Shown here: piece after piece, positions 24,656 through 34,605 of the stretch
Numbering within the stretch: the stretch's first letter is position 1
Layout: every line of letters begins with the position of its first letter
IMG/VR virus record: IMGVR_UViG_3300047409_000500
Coordinates: 1 to 51,986 of that record
Reading direction: 5' to 3' (one strand)
Length of the DNA stretch: 51,986 bases
Source: a virus
Taxonomy: Duplodnaviria; Caudoviricetes
The notes under the pieces: generated by a model
What the model was told of the DNA's origin: nothing
Seen by the model: the letters and a program-made list of their open reading frames with translations, nothing else
Database searches by the model: none
Position numbers and translations under genes: made by a program

Positions 24656-26812
24656 TCAAAACCATTCAATCCAAGATGCAAACGATCCAGATGTGGTGAC
24701 CTTATACCAGTTTCCCGGCAATACAAAAAACGATAATGCTGCTCCTAAAGTACCTGCCGAAGCGAAGGTAGAAGCGACTGCCGTAGTTGGAGGATTGGCG
24801 GCGTCCGTATATGCGGTAGGGGTCTGGCCCGCAGTTACGCTTGCACAAACCGTGACGAACATTGCTTTGCCAGTGTCGTTTTGGTAAGGAGTGCCCGACA
24901 CTCTAGACCCTGTGACCACACGTTGAGTCGCTATGCCCCCTCCAATCGGCGTCCCATTCACCTTGTAAGCGCCCGTGATATTCAGGTCACCGTTGCTGGA
25001 GAATCGCGCCGATTCCGTGAGAGCACCGTCAGTCGGCGCTTTTCGCGTGTGGATGGTGACATCCCCCTGCGTGTTATTCGCGCCGTTTGTTGCCCATCCT
25101 TTGATGGCAGCAAATCTCCACGCGCCCCCCGCTGCGGAGAACATCACCATACCGCCGTTTCCGCCAGCTGCTCCGGTGTCGCACAGATCAATCGTAGCCG
25201 CCTGGCTATTCCCGGTAATGATGGAACCAGTGTTCCCGGCCCCCTGCACGGATAGCTGGTGGGTTGGGCTTACGCCTAAGCCGACCCTGCCAGCTTGAAC
25301 GATCATAGTGTTGGCCGCTGCCCCGGCGGCGATTACACGGAAAACCTGCGATGCTCCGCTATACACGCCGAGAGCATAATCCCCGCTCACGACTGACATT
25401 TCGATGGAGGAAGCCGGACCCGAACCCAACTCAAAATAAGCACCCTGGCCCGCCCCGGCCTCCAGCCACATTTGCGCGTTTCCTGTCGATGCGACGTGTA
25501 ACTGGGAAGTCGAAATCGGTGCTGTAGTGCCAATACCGACCGAACCGTTAGCCATGAACGTGGCAACCATCTTGCCGCCGACCGCACTATAAATGTTGAA
25601 GTCCGTTCCCCCGGTGGCAGTGATGAGATCGGTTCCCAACGACCATGTATCGTTACCGTACTTCGTGCCGAAAAAGCGCAGTTGAACGTGATTGGACGCA
25701 GAGTCAATGCCGCGAAGACGCAGCGCCTGGAACGAAGCACTTGCGATCTCCAGCGCATAGGTTCCCGCGCCCATTCCGATGGAGACTGGTCCCTCTCTTG
25801 AAGGATTCAGTAGCAGCGGATTTCCCGATAGCAATAGTTGAGTGAGTGCCCCCGCCGAACGGTTGTACGCCTGGATGTATCCGTTGTTGGCGCTGGCAAA
25901 CAATTCTATCCCCGCGCCCGATGTCGGCGCGTTCGCCGTCCCGGTGGATCGGATAAAACCGCTCGTGTTCAGCGCGCCCGCATTGTTGAGCATGAAGCCC
26001 GCCGCATCGATATCGCTGGTCCACGGCGTCTGCGATCCCCCGCCAGAGCCTCCGCTCGGTGTCGCCCAGATCCCATCGCCGCGCAGGTAAACGGTCGCTC
26101 CAGGTGTACCTGTGGCTAATCGGGCGGGCGCAATCACACCGGAGACGATAGCTGCTGCATCGTGAGTGTGGGCACTCGGCGGAAATGTTGCTGGCACCCC
26201 GGTGAGTTTTGCCCAGCCCAGGCTGGTGATCCAAACCGGATCGGCATAGCTTCCGCTGGTCGAAACCGCATTGGTCACTTGCGCGGCGCTATAATCCCCC
26301 GCCGTCGCCACCACCGCCCCGCTGCGCCCAAAGACGCTGGCGACCGCGCCTGCGCCGGGGATGACGACATTGGTAATCGTCTGGCCGCCGCCGTCGATGG
26401 GGCCTGTCCACTTCTGCGCCCCCATCGTGATGAGCCCGGTCGCCCGGTTGACCGCCAGCGGCGTGCCTAGCAAATTCCCGGCATCATCGTAGCGGCGCAG
26501 CGCGAAGTTGGATCCGGCATTCGCCCCGCCCTCGGCGGTGCCGTCCTTGGTAAGCGCCCATCGCAATAGCGCCGTGGGGCCGCTGCCGGATCGCAGTTCG
26601 AGGCGGCTCTCGCTATCCGGTCCCTGCGTGATGTTGACGGGCGACAACGTGTTCGTAAAGCCGCCCGAGCCATCGAGGATCACGTTCGATAAACGGTAGC
26701 CCCCGCCGTTCACGTCGCCGCCCCAGGCGCGGTCGTCGTTCGCCAGCGAGTTGAGCATATCGTTGAAGAGCTTGTCCGAGCGGGCGAGATCGTTGCGCGA
26801 GAGCCATGCCAT
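24656..26812 (-). CDS. tail fibre / receptor-binding protein
   Basis: Gly/Ala/Thr-rich; VASVFGRSGAV, GSVGIGTTAP, PSAHTH motifs. Confidence 0.75.
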   Translation of the reverse strand: MAWLSRNDLARSDKLFNDMLNSLANDDRAWGGDVNGGGYRLSNVILDGSGGFTNTLSPVNITQGPDSESRLELRSGSGPTALLRWALTKDGTAEGGANAGSNFALRRYDDAGNLLGTPLAVNRATGLITMGAQKWTGPIDGGGQTITNVVIPGAGAVASVFGRSGAVVATAGDYSAAQVTNAVSTSGSYADPVWITSLGWAKLTGVPATFPPSAHTHDAAAIVSGVIAPARLATGTPGATVYLRGDGIWATPSGGSGGGSQTPWTSDIDAAGFMLNNAGALNTSGFIRSTGTANAPTSGAGIELFASANNGYIQAYNRSAGALTQLLLSGNPLLLNPSREGPVSIGMGAGTYALEIASASFQALRLRGIDSASNHVQLRFFGTKYGNDTWSLGTDLITATGGTDFNIYSAVGGKMVATFMANGSVGIGTTAPISTSQLHVASTGNAQMWLEAGAGQGAYFELGSGPASSIEMSVVSGDYALGVYSGASQVFRVIAAGAAANTMIVQAGRVGLGVSPTHQLSVQGAGNTGSIITGNSQAATIDLCDTGAAGGNGGMVMFSAAGGAWRFAAIKGWATNGANNTQGDVTIHTRKAPTDGALTESARFSSNGDLNITGAYKVNGTPIGGGIATQRVVTGSRVSGTPYQNDTGKAMFVTVCASVTAGQTPTAYTDAANPPTTAVASTFASAGTLGAALSFFVLPGNWYKVTTSGSFASWIEWF

Positions 26813-26818
26813 AGTGAT

Positions 26819-27148
26819 TTACTCCTTTGCGATGCGTTCCAGGCCGCCATTGACGCGCGGGGCGGGTGGTGGCGGATCGGGCGGCGCCTGGGCCTGCGGG
26901 GCATCCGGCAGATCGCAAATCAGGTTGCCGCCTTCCAGCCGGGCCGCGCGGTAGTCGGTGATGCCGTATAGCTGCACCAGATTAGCGAGGTACTGCCGCC
27001 GCTTCTGCTCCACGACGGGCAGCTGCGCCCGGGCCGTTTCCATATCCAGGGTTAACGCGCCGATCTGGGCGAGGACGGTTTTGCGCTCCTCGTCGATCTG
27101 CTGCGCTTGGTTGATTTCGTGTGGTTGTAAGCTGAATGCTCTCTGCAT
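26819..27148 (-). CDS. hypothetical coiled-coil protein
   Basis: AAGGAG RBS before MQRAFSLQ. Confidence 0.6.
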   Translation of the reverse strand: MQRAFSLQPHEINQAQQIDEERKTVLAQIGALTLDMETARAQLPVVEQKRRQYLANLVQLYGITDYRAARLEGGNLICDLPDAPQAQAPPDPPPPAPRVNGGLERIAKE

Positions 27149-27168
27149 AGATTCTCCTTGTGTGATGT

Positions 27169-30100
27169 TTACGAATAACTGACGATGACGCCTCCACGCA
27201 CGACGATCTGTAACGCGCCCACGTTCGCCCCGTTGATCCACAGTTGCAGCGGATTTCCGGCGTTGTCGTGGAAGGCGATGGTATAGTCCTGTCCGGTGAG
27301 GCCCGTGGGGTTGAAGCCCGAGCCTGTGACCTTCCCGGTTGCCGTGATGGTGTTGTTGCTGGAAATGATGCCGCAGTCGATCCGGTTGGATCCCGCGTTG
27401 ATCGGTCCACAAGTGATCGACTGATTGTTGGTGGTGATTTGCTGGCAATTGAGCGTGCCTGGACTGATCACCATGCTGGATGCGCCGACCGCCCCGAGCG
27501 TGGTCTGCCCCGTCACACTCAGCGTGCCGGATAGCGACAAGGAGTTCATCGAGAGCGTGCCGCGAATAAACACGGCCCCGGCCCCATCCACCGAAAAATT
27601 CAGATTGCCCGAACCGTCGCGCAGGCTGAAGGTGGCATTGCCGTCCGCCGCCGATCCGCTGTCCAGCTGCACGTTGATGTTGCCGCTGGCGGGCGAGTAC
27701 ATCGTCAAGGTGCCCCACCACCAGTTGCGGGTCGCGTCGTTCCCTTTGGGGTCGCCGTTGAAGCTGACGAGCGCCGCGAGGCGTCCCTGCTGGCCGCCCA
27801 CATTGTTAGGGCCGCGCAGGATGATCCCGCGATTGATGATGGCGATGCCGTGCTTGGGATTGTTTACGGTGTCGTAGTTGGTCCGGTAGAGCGAGAGGCC
27901 GGGGAACTTGTAATAGCTGCTGTCGGATGGATTGTCGGTCACGAACGCCGAGAATCCATACTCCAGCCGCATCGCGGCGTTCGTTGGATTCGTGGCGGTC
28001 GGGTAGTTCGCCTGATAGTCGATGGTGAAGCGGGTAATTTGCCGCATCTGCACCGTCGCGCCCAGGGGGTCGGTGGCATCCTGCTTCGCCAGCATTCTCC
28101 AATCAGTGAAGGTCTGGCCGCCGTACGCAAACTCTTTGAACCACGCCCCTTGGATGGATACCTCCGGTCCTCCCTGGTTGCCTGTGGCGGCATAGCCGAT
28201 CCTGGCCCCGATCCGGCCCACTTCCGTATTCGCGTTGTCGCGGATCGAGATGTAGGGATAGCGGGATCCGGCCATCTCGAAACCGCCGATGATGACGGTC
28301 CCGTCCTGCTTCGCGTAAATCGGCGCGTTGGTGGGGTTGTCGCCGCCGACGTATAGCTCCTGCATCCAGCCGCCGAAGATCGAGTGCGCGGCGGGATTGT
28401 CCGGGGTGCCTCCGGTCTGCTGGCCGATCCAGCCGCGCAGGACGTTCGAGGCATTGTAGACGGCCACCTGTCCGTTTTCCATGCCTTTGAACAGGCCCGC
28501 GTTGCCCACGGTGGAAGGCCCGCCGCCGACGCGCAGGATCGATCCCACGAAAATCTTAGGGGCGATAATCTGCTCGACCGTGAATTTGGCCGGGTCGGCG
28601 GGCCAATCGAATTCGGCCTCGTTGAACCAATCCCTCGGCATTCGGGACGCCAGCACGTTTCCCACGATGGGAGTGAACGCGGGCGGCGTCACCTTCGGCG
28701 TGGTTCCCGGCAGAATCGTATTGCGATGCCCTGTCATATCCCGGCTGACGAAATAGAAATCCCAGGTGCGGGCCGCCGGGGCGGGCTCCCAATCGGTGGT
28801 GAAGCTGGTCGCGTTCTTCGGCACATCCCACCACGTGGGATCCGCCGTCTGCCCACTGATGACCCGCGCAATCGACATCCCGCCGAAGAGGTTGCTGGTG
28901 GGATTCTGCCACGTGCCGATTTGGTGGCGCATCATCACCACGCCATCGGAATTCAGTTCCTGGACCGTCGTTACCGTGGTGCCGCTTGCGCCGCCAGCGG
29001 GCGCGTATTCGAGGCCGTTGCCACCCAACGCGGGCGGCCCGATGTTCCAGGTGACGCGCGGGGTGTTGACGCCCGGGTTTGCCGGATCGTCGCTCGGCCT
29101 GCCCTGGTCGTCAATCGAGATCGCGACGATGGTCCACGCCTCGGCCACCTTCGGCCAGTCGATGATCTCCAGTCCAATCGAGGTGATGTTGGCGGGCACG
29201 CGCGGCTTCATCAGGCGCGGCGGCGTGACCCCGGTGCGATAGAATTCCACGCCCTTATAGCGTGGCGAGGCGGGCACGGTCCAGGTGAGAGTCGCCCTCG
29301 CAAGGTCGGTGCCATCCGGCTGCGGATCATGGATGTAGTTCGTTAGGGCGAGGCCCGTGACGTAGGGCGCGGTGGGCTGGCCCACGGGAGGGTACACGAT
29401 GGTGACGTCGATCATTGGCGTCACGCCCTTAACGATGGTGTTGCGCCGCCCATCGACATCGCGGGAGCAAAACCAGACTTTGAAGTGACCGCCCAGGCCC
29501 GCCTCGTAGCTGCCGCTGTGCCAATCGTCGGGCTTATTGACATCGAGGAACAGCGCTTCCTTGCGGGTGCCGTCGTCGTATTCGTATACCGTCATCACGC
29601 CGCCGAAGGCGCGCAGCCCGGGGGGCAGCGGAATCGCCGGATCGGGAGCGGTATAGCCGAACACCAGCGAGTACATCGGCCCCGCCGGATTGGCGAAGTC
29701 CTGAACCACCGTGATGTGGGCACCCGTGACGATCCAGGCATACTCCTGGCCGCTGACGTACTGCCCGGCGGCGGCGGGGATGGTGACGACCGCGCTTGGC
29801 GTGGGGGGCGGTTTGTTGGCCCGCACCAGGGTCGCGTTCTTGACGGTGCTGAACGCTTGCACATAGACCCGGATGGCGCGCGCCTTCGGAGCGCCGTTCA
29901 CGGTGATGAGGGCCGGGGGCTCAAAGTCATCGGTGATGTGGACCGGAGCCCACTTACCGGATACCTGGCTGGTTCCATCGAGCGGGATGCTGCCGTCCAT
30001 GGGCGCTTCGTTAGACGAACTGATGTCGGGATCTTCCAGGTAAATCCCCACGCCCACGGTGGGGGAGCCCGCGCCCGGCGACCAGTCAATCGTGACCTCG

Positions 30101-30228
30101 AATTTGCCCTCGTAGACTTCGCGCACCTTCAGCGGCCCGTTGATGACCGCCGGGGGCGCGTCGGGCGGGATGAAGGTTCCGCCCCCCGAGGTCGTGCCCT
30201 TCTCGTAGATCCAGGTCCCGGTTGCCAT
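27169..30228 (-). CDS. minor tail protein with repeated beta-sandwich domains
   Basis: Internal duplication (SRDVDGRRNTIVKGVTP / SRDMTGHRNTILPGTTP); tail-tip position. Confidence 0.65.
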   Translation of the reverse strand: MATGTWIYEKGTTSGGGTFIPPDAPPAVINGPLKVREVYEGKFEVTIDWSPGAGSPTVGVGIYLEDPDISSSNEAPMDGSIPLDGTSQVSGKWAPVHITDDFEPPALITVNGAPKARAIRVYVQAFSTVKNATLVRANKPPPTPSAVVTIPAAAGQYVSGQEYAWIVTGAHITVVQDFANPAGPMYSLVFGYTAPDPAIPLPPGLRAFGGVMTVYEYDDGTRKEALFLDVNKPDDWHSGSYEAGLGGHFKVWFCSRDVDGRRNTIVKGVTPMIDVTIVYPPVGQPTAPYVTGLALTNYIHDPQPDGTDLARATLTWTVPASPRYKGVEFYRTGVTPPRLMKPRVPANITSIGLEIIDWPKVAEAWTIVAISIDDQGRPSDDPANPGVNTPRVTWNIGPPALGGNGLEYAPAGGASGTTVTTVQELNSDGVVMMRHQIGTWQNPTSNLFGGMSIARVISGQTADPTWWDVPKNATSFTTDWEPAPAARTWDFYFVSRDMTGHRNTILPGTTPKVTPPAFTPIVGNVLASRMPRDWFNEAEFDWPADPAKFTVEQIIAPKIFVGSILRVGGGPSTVGNAGLFKGMENGQVAVYNASNVLRGWIGQQTGGTPDNPAAHSIFGGWMQELYVGGDNPTNAPIYAKQDGTVIIGGFEMAGSRYPYISIRDNANTEVGRIGARIGYAATGNQGGPEVSIQGAWFKEFAYGGQTFTDWRMLAKQDATDPLGATVQMRQITRFTIDYQANYPTATNPTNAAMRLEYGFSAFVTDNPSDSSYYKFPGLSLYRTNYDTVNNPKHGIAIINRGIILRGPNNVGGQQGRLAALVSFNGDPKGNDATRNWWWGTLTMYSPASGNINVQLDSGSAADGNATFSLRDGSGNLNFSVDGAGAVFIRGTLSMNSLSLSGTLSVTGQTTLGAVGASSMVISPGTLNCQQITTNNQSITCGPINAGSNRIDCGIISSNNTITATGKVTGSGFNPTGLTGQDYTIAFHDNAGNPLQLWINGANVGALQIVVRGGVIVSYS

Positions 30229-30231
30229 AGC

Positions 30232-33200
30232 TTATCCCGCTGTCACCCGCGCCGTCTCGGTCGGCCCGAGGGTCACAGCGCTGGCCCCATCGAAGAGGAA
30301 TTCCCCGGCGGCGCTTTCCACAATCGCGTTATGTGGCCCGGTGTCATTCACCACGTACAGCGTTCTGCCCTGGTATTGCGCGATGGGCAGCAATTGAATC
30401 GTCACATCGTTCTCGGTGGTGTCGGCGCGGATCGTCTGGTCGGTCGCCAGCGTGGCCCATGGCCCCAAGCCCGGCCCCACCACGCGCACCGTGGGCGGCT
30501 GGCCGTAGATGAAGATCTCGCGCAGCGGCGCGACCTCCTCGCTCGAATACTGGCCCCGGTCGTCGACCAGGAAGCCCCCCACCAGGGCGGTACGGTTGCG
30601 CAGGTTCTCCACCCGCATCTTGATCTCGACCCGCGTCCCTTCGCGCGGCACCTGGAGATCGCTCGTCTCCGTGGTGTAGGCCCAATCGGGATCTTCCACG
30701 ATGACGACCGAGGTATTGTCCGGGATCGTCTGCCATGCCGGGCTGACGGTGATTTGGGTATTGCTGTTGCCCGTGATGTAGCGCCACTGGCCCGCCCCGG
30801 TCCCGAACAGGATGCGCGCGATCCGCCCCTTCTCCTCGTCGACCGCGAGGCCCGGGCTGCCGAACTGATTGCGGGCCACGAAGTTATCCCACAGCGGGTC
30901 GGTGACGCTGTTGGCGGTCGCGGTAATCCCCACCGAGCGCAGGATCAGGACGTCGCCCTTCTCCACCGAATCGGCGGCCGTCCCGCGGACACAATCGGGT
31001 GTCACCGTGAAGGTCCCGGTAGCGCCATCGAAGTGCGTAATCGTGAAGTTCCACAGCGGGGCGCTGCCATCGCTCTGGTCGGCCAGCGCCGAGAGGATGC
31101 GTGCGGGCGGTCCTAACCAGTTATCCGTGCTGCCCTTGAAGTCATCGCTCTGGATCTGGTTGGGCGCGGTGACGCCCGTCACGCTGACGCCCGCGACCCC
31201 GGAATGCCAGATGCGCTTGGCGGCGATGGCGACCTTGCGCGCCCCGGCCTCGGGCATTCCCTCGGTCATGGGGTGGATCGGCCCGGCAAAATCCAGCGGT
31301 GTCTGGACGTTCATCCCGCTCGATTGCCGCGCCAGGGCGCGGCGGTCCTTGCCCGCCCACAGGTCCCACGGCTGATCGGAATCGGGCGAGGCGGCAATCG
31401 TCATCGTCACCTTCTGCCCGGTGACGCCCGGCGGGATCCAAAGTCCGATGAGGTTGGAAGGGGCCAGCGGCTGCATGGTGTTCATGCGTTGCGTAATCCC
31501 CACGTATACCGTCATGGGGCCAGCCAGCGTCCCGCCGGGGGCCAGGAAGGCCGCCAGGATACGCGGCTGCCTGCCGGGCGCGAACAGGTTGATGCACATC
31601 TGCCCGGCGACGTAGATGGTCGCGTCCCAACTTCCATCGCGGGCGATGCGGTAGTCCTGCCAGAGATCGAAGGTGCGCTGCAGCGGGTCGGTGTACAGCG
31701 GGTCGTTCGCCACGGGCGCGATCTCGTTGGGCATCCAGGTGAGCCCGGTGATCGACGGCAGCATCTCGGGCGGGACCGGGGCGGCGGTGGCATCCTCGGG
31801 CTTGGGGCCGAAGGTCAGATTGTACATCGCGTCCGTGGTGGGTGTCGCGTCGAGGTCGATGCTGAAATCCGGGTTGAGCATCCACTTCACCACGCGCCCC
31901 TCGGCGTACCCGGTGGGTAAGGCGGGATGTCCCTGGCCCGGCTGCAAGCTGCCAAGCGAGATGATATCGCCCGCCATCGTATGCAGCCCCAGGACCGTGG
32001 TGCGGAAGCGCAGGGACCGGGCCTTCACCTGTTGGTTATCTGTGATCGCGCCGCCCGCATCCCGAACCACAATCCCCCCGATCTCCTCGCGCAGCCGGGT
32101 GGTGGCGATGCGGGCCGCTTGGCTCTTGTTGCTGACGCCCACCAGGGTCATCGTGGAGGCGTTGAACTGGGGCGATTCCACGGTCCCGGCAAACGCCGCC
32201 TGATCCATATCGTAGATGGTGACGTTGTTTAACTGCCAGTTGAATTCCTCATCGCCAAACTCCACCGTCAGCTGATTGAATTGCGGCTGAATCGGAACCG
32301 TCTCCAGGCTCTTGAAGAGGATGTTGGCGCGGGTGTAGGTGTTGTGGGGAAGCACGCCCGAATTCTCGCGGATGCCAAGCCAAAGCTTCCCGTTCACGAA
32401 GGTGTAATAGCCGAGGCAGCAATTCAAGATCTCCTGCAGCCAATCCTTGAGCGGCTTGCGCTCCTTCAAAGCGCCCCGGAAGGGATACTGGCGCTCCTTC
32501 CCGGTGCCGACCAGCTTGTCTACCTGGAGATCGCAGATCGCCGCCATGGCGATGGCCTGCTGGACATCGAAGAAGGTTTCCATCTGCGCCGGGCTGACGA
32601 GCGCGTCCTGGCCCTGGCCGACCCGCAGGCCGATGGCGCGCAGGTAGACGTTGACGGCTACCCAGATCGTGTTAGCCAGCGCGGGCGTCCAGACCCGCGC
32701 GCCGGGGGCGGTCCACGTCCAGCCGCCGATGCCGCCCGTTACGGTCACTGTCATTACCCGGTCGGTGATTTGGGTGAGTTGGGTTCCGGCTTCATCGGTG
32801 CGCCGGATCTCGGCAAACGCGAGGCCCGCCGCATAGGTCGATCCCGGCGGGACCGTGTTCCAGGGTGCGGTGTCGAGGGCGAAGAAATCGCTGGTGGCCG
32901 CCGGGTCGTTGCCCGTGATCCCGCGCCAGCCGCCGCCGTGGACCGGATCGTGGGGCGGCTGGTTATCCAGCTTATGATTCATCAGGTTGGTGTCGTAACC
33001 GGAGATTGGGCCCTCCCCCACGATGCCGAGCGCCGAGTAGAATTCGCTCTCGTCGCGGCCCGCCGCCACGTCGCAAGTAACGACCATCGCTTCGTCGGTA
33101 TAGACCTCCTGCACCACGCGCTGATAGACGGTATCGGCGGCCACGGTGACGCTGGTCAGCCCCGAAGAGGCCCATCCGATGGTCCCGCTATCCTGCGGCA

Positions 33201-34221
33201 CGAAGGCGCGCTGCTGCGGGGCAACCACCACGCCGCCGAAGGAGTGCGGCACGGCCCGCGCGTTGCACGCTTCCCAGGACTTGGGGCAATCGGGCAGCGC
33301 GCTGGTCGATGGGCAGAAGCGGCCCTTATAAACCTTCCAGCAGGAGCGCGTCACCATCCGGCTTGGGTAGGACAGCCCCAACTCGAAGACGCCATCGCTG
33401 GCGGGCAGGAAGAAATTCCCATCGCTATCGAAGCTCCACGGCAGCGCATAGCCGCTCCAGAGCTTCACCAGGGTAAGGCTGCCCACGTGGAAGAGCGCGA
33501 ATTGCACCTTGGCCCGGTTGAGGTTGATTGTCTTCACGAGTTCCGTGAATACCGAATCGGCGTTGCCGAAGCCGAAGCGCGCGCTGTCGCCTGCTTCCCC
33601 GATGGACTGCGAGATGCCGTCCCAGGTGGCGAGGCGCGGCAGATAGGTAATCCCATCAACGGTAAGGCTTTGGTTGGAGAGGTAGAGCGTCGAGGTTGCC
33701 CCGGCCCGGTCCTGGATCGCAATCAGCGGGACGATGCGCTGCACCTGGGCGGTCAGCGCGGTGTCGAAGGCGCTATCGGGGAAGCGGTTGAGCGTGTGCG
33801 CCGATGTATAGGTCGGCACGCTGGTCGCCACTTCGATCATGGTGATTCCGGGGTCGCCCATGATTCTGCCGGCACTCGCCGGAAAGTCGATCATCGGATT
33901 CTCGTAGCGCACCCGCACGGTCTGATTGCCCGCGGGCGAAGGGTAAGTGAAGCTGAACTCCGCATACGTGCCCTGCGCCTGAATCCAATGGGCGCGCAAT
34001 TGATCATACTCATGGCACGCCAGATGATCGCGCCGGATCCGAAAGCGCCGCATCCCGTTGCCGAGCAGGAAGCGCTGCTCCGTCTTGAGGCCCGGCTGGT
34101 CGAACACATGGATTGCGATAGGCGGTTCGATGTCGGTCCCGCTTCCGAAATCCACCCGCAGGGGAAACGGCGCGATGAATGGAGGATCGGGGATTGGCAC
34201 GGGGCCGAGCGAACCGCTCAA
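30232..34221 (-). CDS. tail tip / baseplate hub (gpJ-like) protein
   Basis: 1329 aa after the Dit-like gene; CWKVY...CP...CPKSWEAC, VGEGPI, FNQLTVEFGD motifs. Confidence 0.7.
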   Translation of the reverse strand: MSGSLGPVPIPDPPFIAPFPLRVDFGSGTDIEPPIAIHVFDQPGLKTEQRFLLGNGMRRFRIRRDHLACHEYDQLRAHWIQAQGTYAEFSFTYPSPAGNQTVRVRYENPMIDFPASAGRIMGDPGITMIEVATSVPTYTSAHTLNRFPDSAFDTALTAQVQRIVPLIAIQDRAGATSTLYLSNQSLTVDGITYLPRLATWDGISQSIGEAGDSARFGFGNADSVFTELVKTINLNRAKVQFALFHVGSLTLVKLWSGYALPWSFDSDGNFFLPASDGVFELGLSYPSRMVTRSCWKVYKGRFCPSTSALPDCPKSWEACNARAVPHSFGGVVVAPQQRAFVPQDSGTIGWASSGLTSVTVAADTVYQRVVQEVYTDEAMVVTCDVAAGRDESEFYSALGIVGEGPISGYDTNLMNHKLDNQPPHDPVHGGGWRGITGNDPAATSDFFALDTAPWNTVPPGSTYAAGLAFAEIRRTDEAGTQLTQITDRVMTVTVTGGIGGWTWTAPGARVWTPALANTIWVAVNVYLRAIGLRVGQGQDALVSPAQMETFFDVQQAIAMAAICDLQVDKLVGTGKERQYPFRGALKERKPLKDWLQEILNCCLGYYTFVNGKLWLGIRENSGVLPHNTYTRANILFKSLETVPIQPQFNQLTVEFGDEEFNWQLNNVTIYDMDQAAFAGTVESPQFNASTMTLVGVSNKSQAARIATTRLREEIGGIVVRDAGGAITDNQQVKARSLRFRTTVLGLHTMAGDIISLGSLQPGQGHPALPTGYAEGRVVKWMLNPDFSIDLDATPTTDAMYNLTFGPKPEDATAAPVPPEMLPSITGLTWMPNEIAPVANDPLYTDPLQRTFDLWQDYRIARDGSWDATIYVAGQMCINLFAPGRQPRILAAFLAPGGTLAGPMTVYVGITQRMNTMQPLAPSNLIGLWIPPGVTGQKVTMTIAASPDSDQPWDLWAGKDRRALARQSSGMNVQTPLDFAGPIHPMTEGMPEAGARKVAIAAKRIWHSGVAGVSVTGVTAPNQIQSDDFKGSTDNWLGPPARILSALADQSDGSAPLWNFTITHFDGATGTFTVTPDCVRGTAADSVEKGDVLILRSVGITATANSVTDPLWDNFVARNQFGSPGLAVDEEKGRIARILFGTGAGQWRYITGNSNTQITVSPAWQTIPDNTSVVIVEDPDWAYTTETSDLQVPREGTRVEIKMRVENLRNRTALVGGFLVDDRGQYSSEEVAPLREIFIYGQPPTVRVVGPGLGPWATLATDQTIRADTTENDVTIQLLPIAQYQGRTLYVVNDTGPHNAIVESAAGEFLFDGASAVTLGPTETARVTAG

Positions 34222-34605
34222 TCAGGCCACCTCCCGCATCGCCAGCATGATGCGTGTCCGCCCGGGCTGTAGCTCCTCGCTCCAAGGCCCATCGAAGACC
34301 ACCACATAGCGCCCGGTGGGGTCGCCCGGCGGCGGCCCCGGCAGCGCCTCCAGCAGATTGTAGAAATAGAATGGCGCGCCCTGGTGCGCCAGATAGAAAT
34401 TCCGCATCGCGGTCCACTGCGCAGCCGTGAGGGAGAAGCCGAGCTTGAAGAAGTAGCGCGGGTTAACCTGCAGCGCGGCGCGCTGGCTGGTGCCATCCGG
34501 GTAAACGTTGAGCAGGCTTTCCACCCGCAGATTGGTCGTGAGGCCGCTGTACAGATTGGTCGGGAAGGTATCGACGGGCGCGGCGGGCGCGACATTGCCC
34601 GGCAT
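34222..34605 (-). CDS. distal tail protein (gpM/DUF2460-like)
   Basis: Follows the tape measure gene; YPDGTSQR...FYLAHQGAPFYF. Confidence 0.6.
   Translation of the reverse strand: MPGNVAPAAPVDTFPTNLYSGLTTNLRVESLLNVYPDGTSQRAALQVNPRYFFKLGFSLTAAQWTAMRNFYLAHQGAPFYFYNLLEALPGPPPGDPTGRYVVVFDGPWSEELQPGRTRIMLAMREVA

Noticed and set aside
24656-30228. Diversity-generating retroelement acting on tail proteins
   Set aside because: No reverse transcriptase and no TR/VR pair seen
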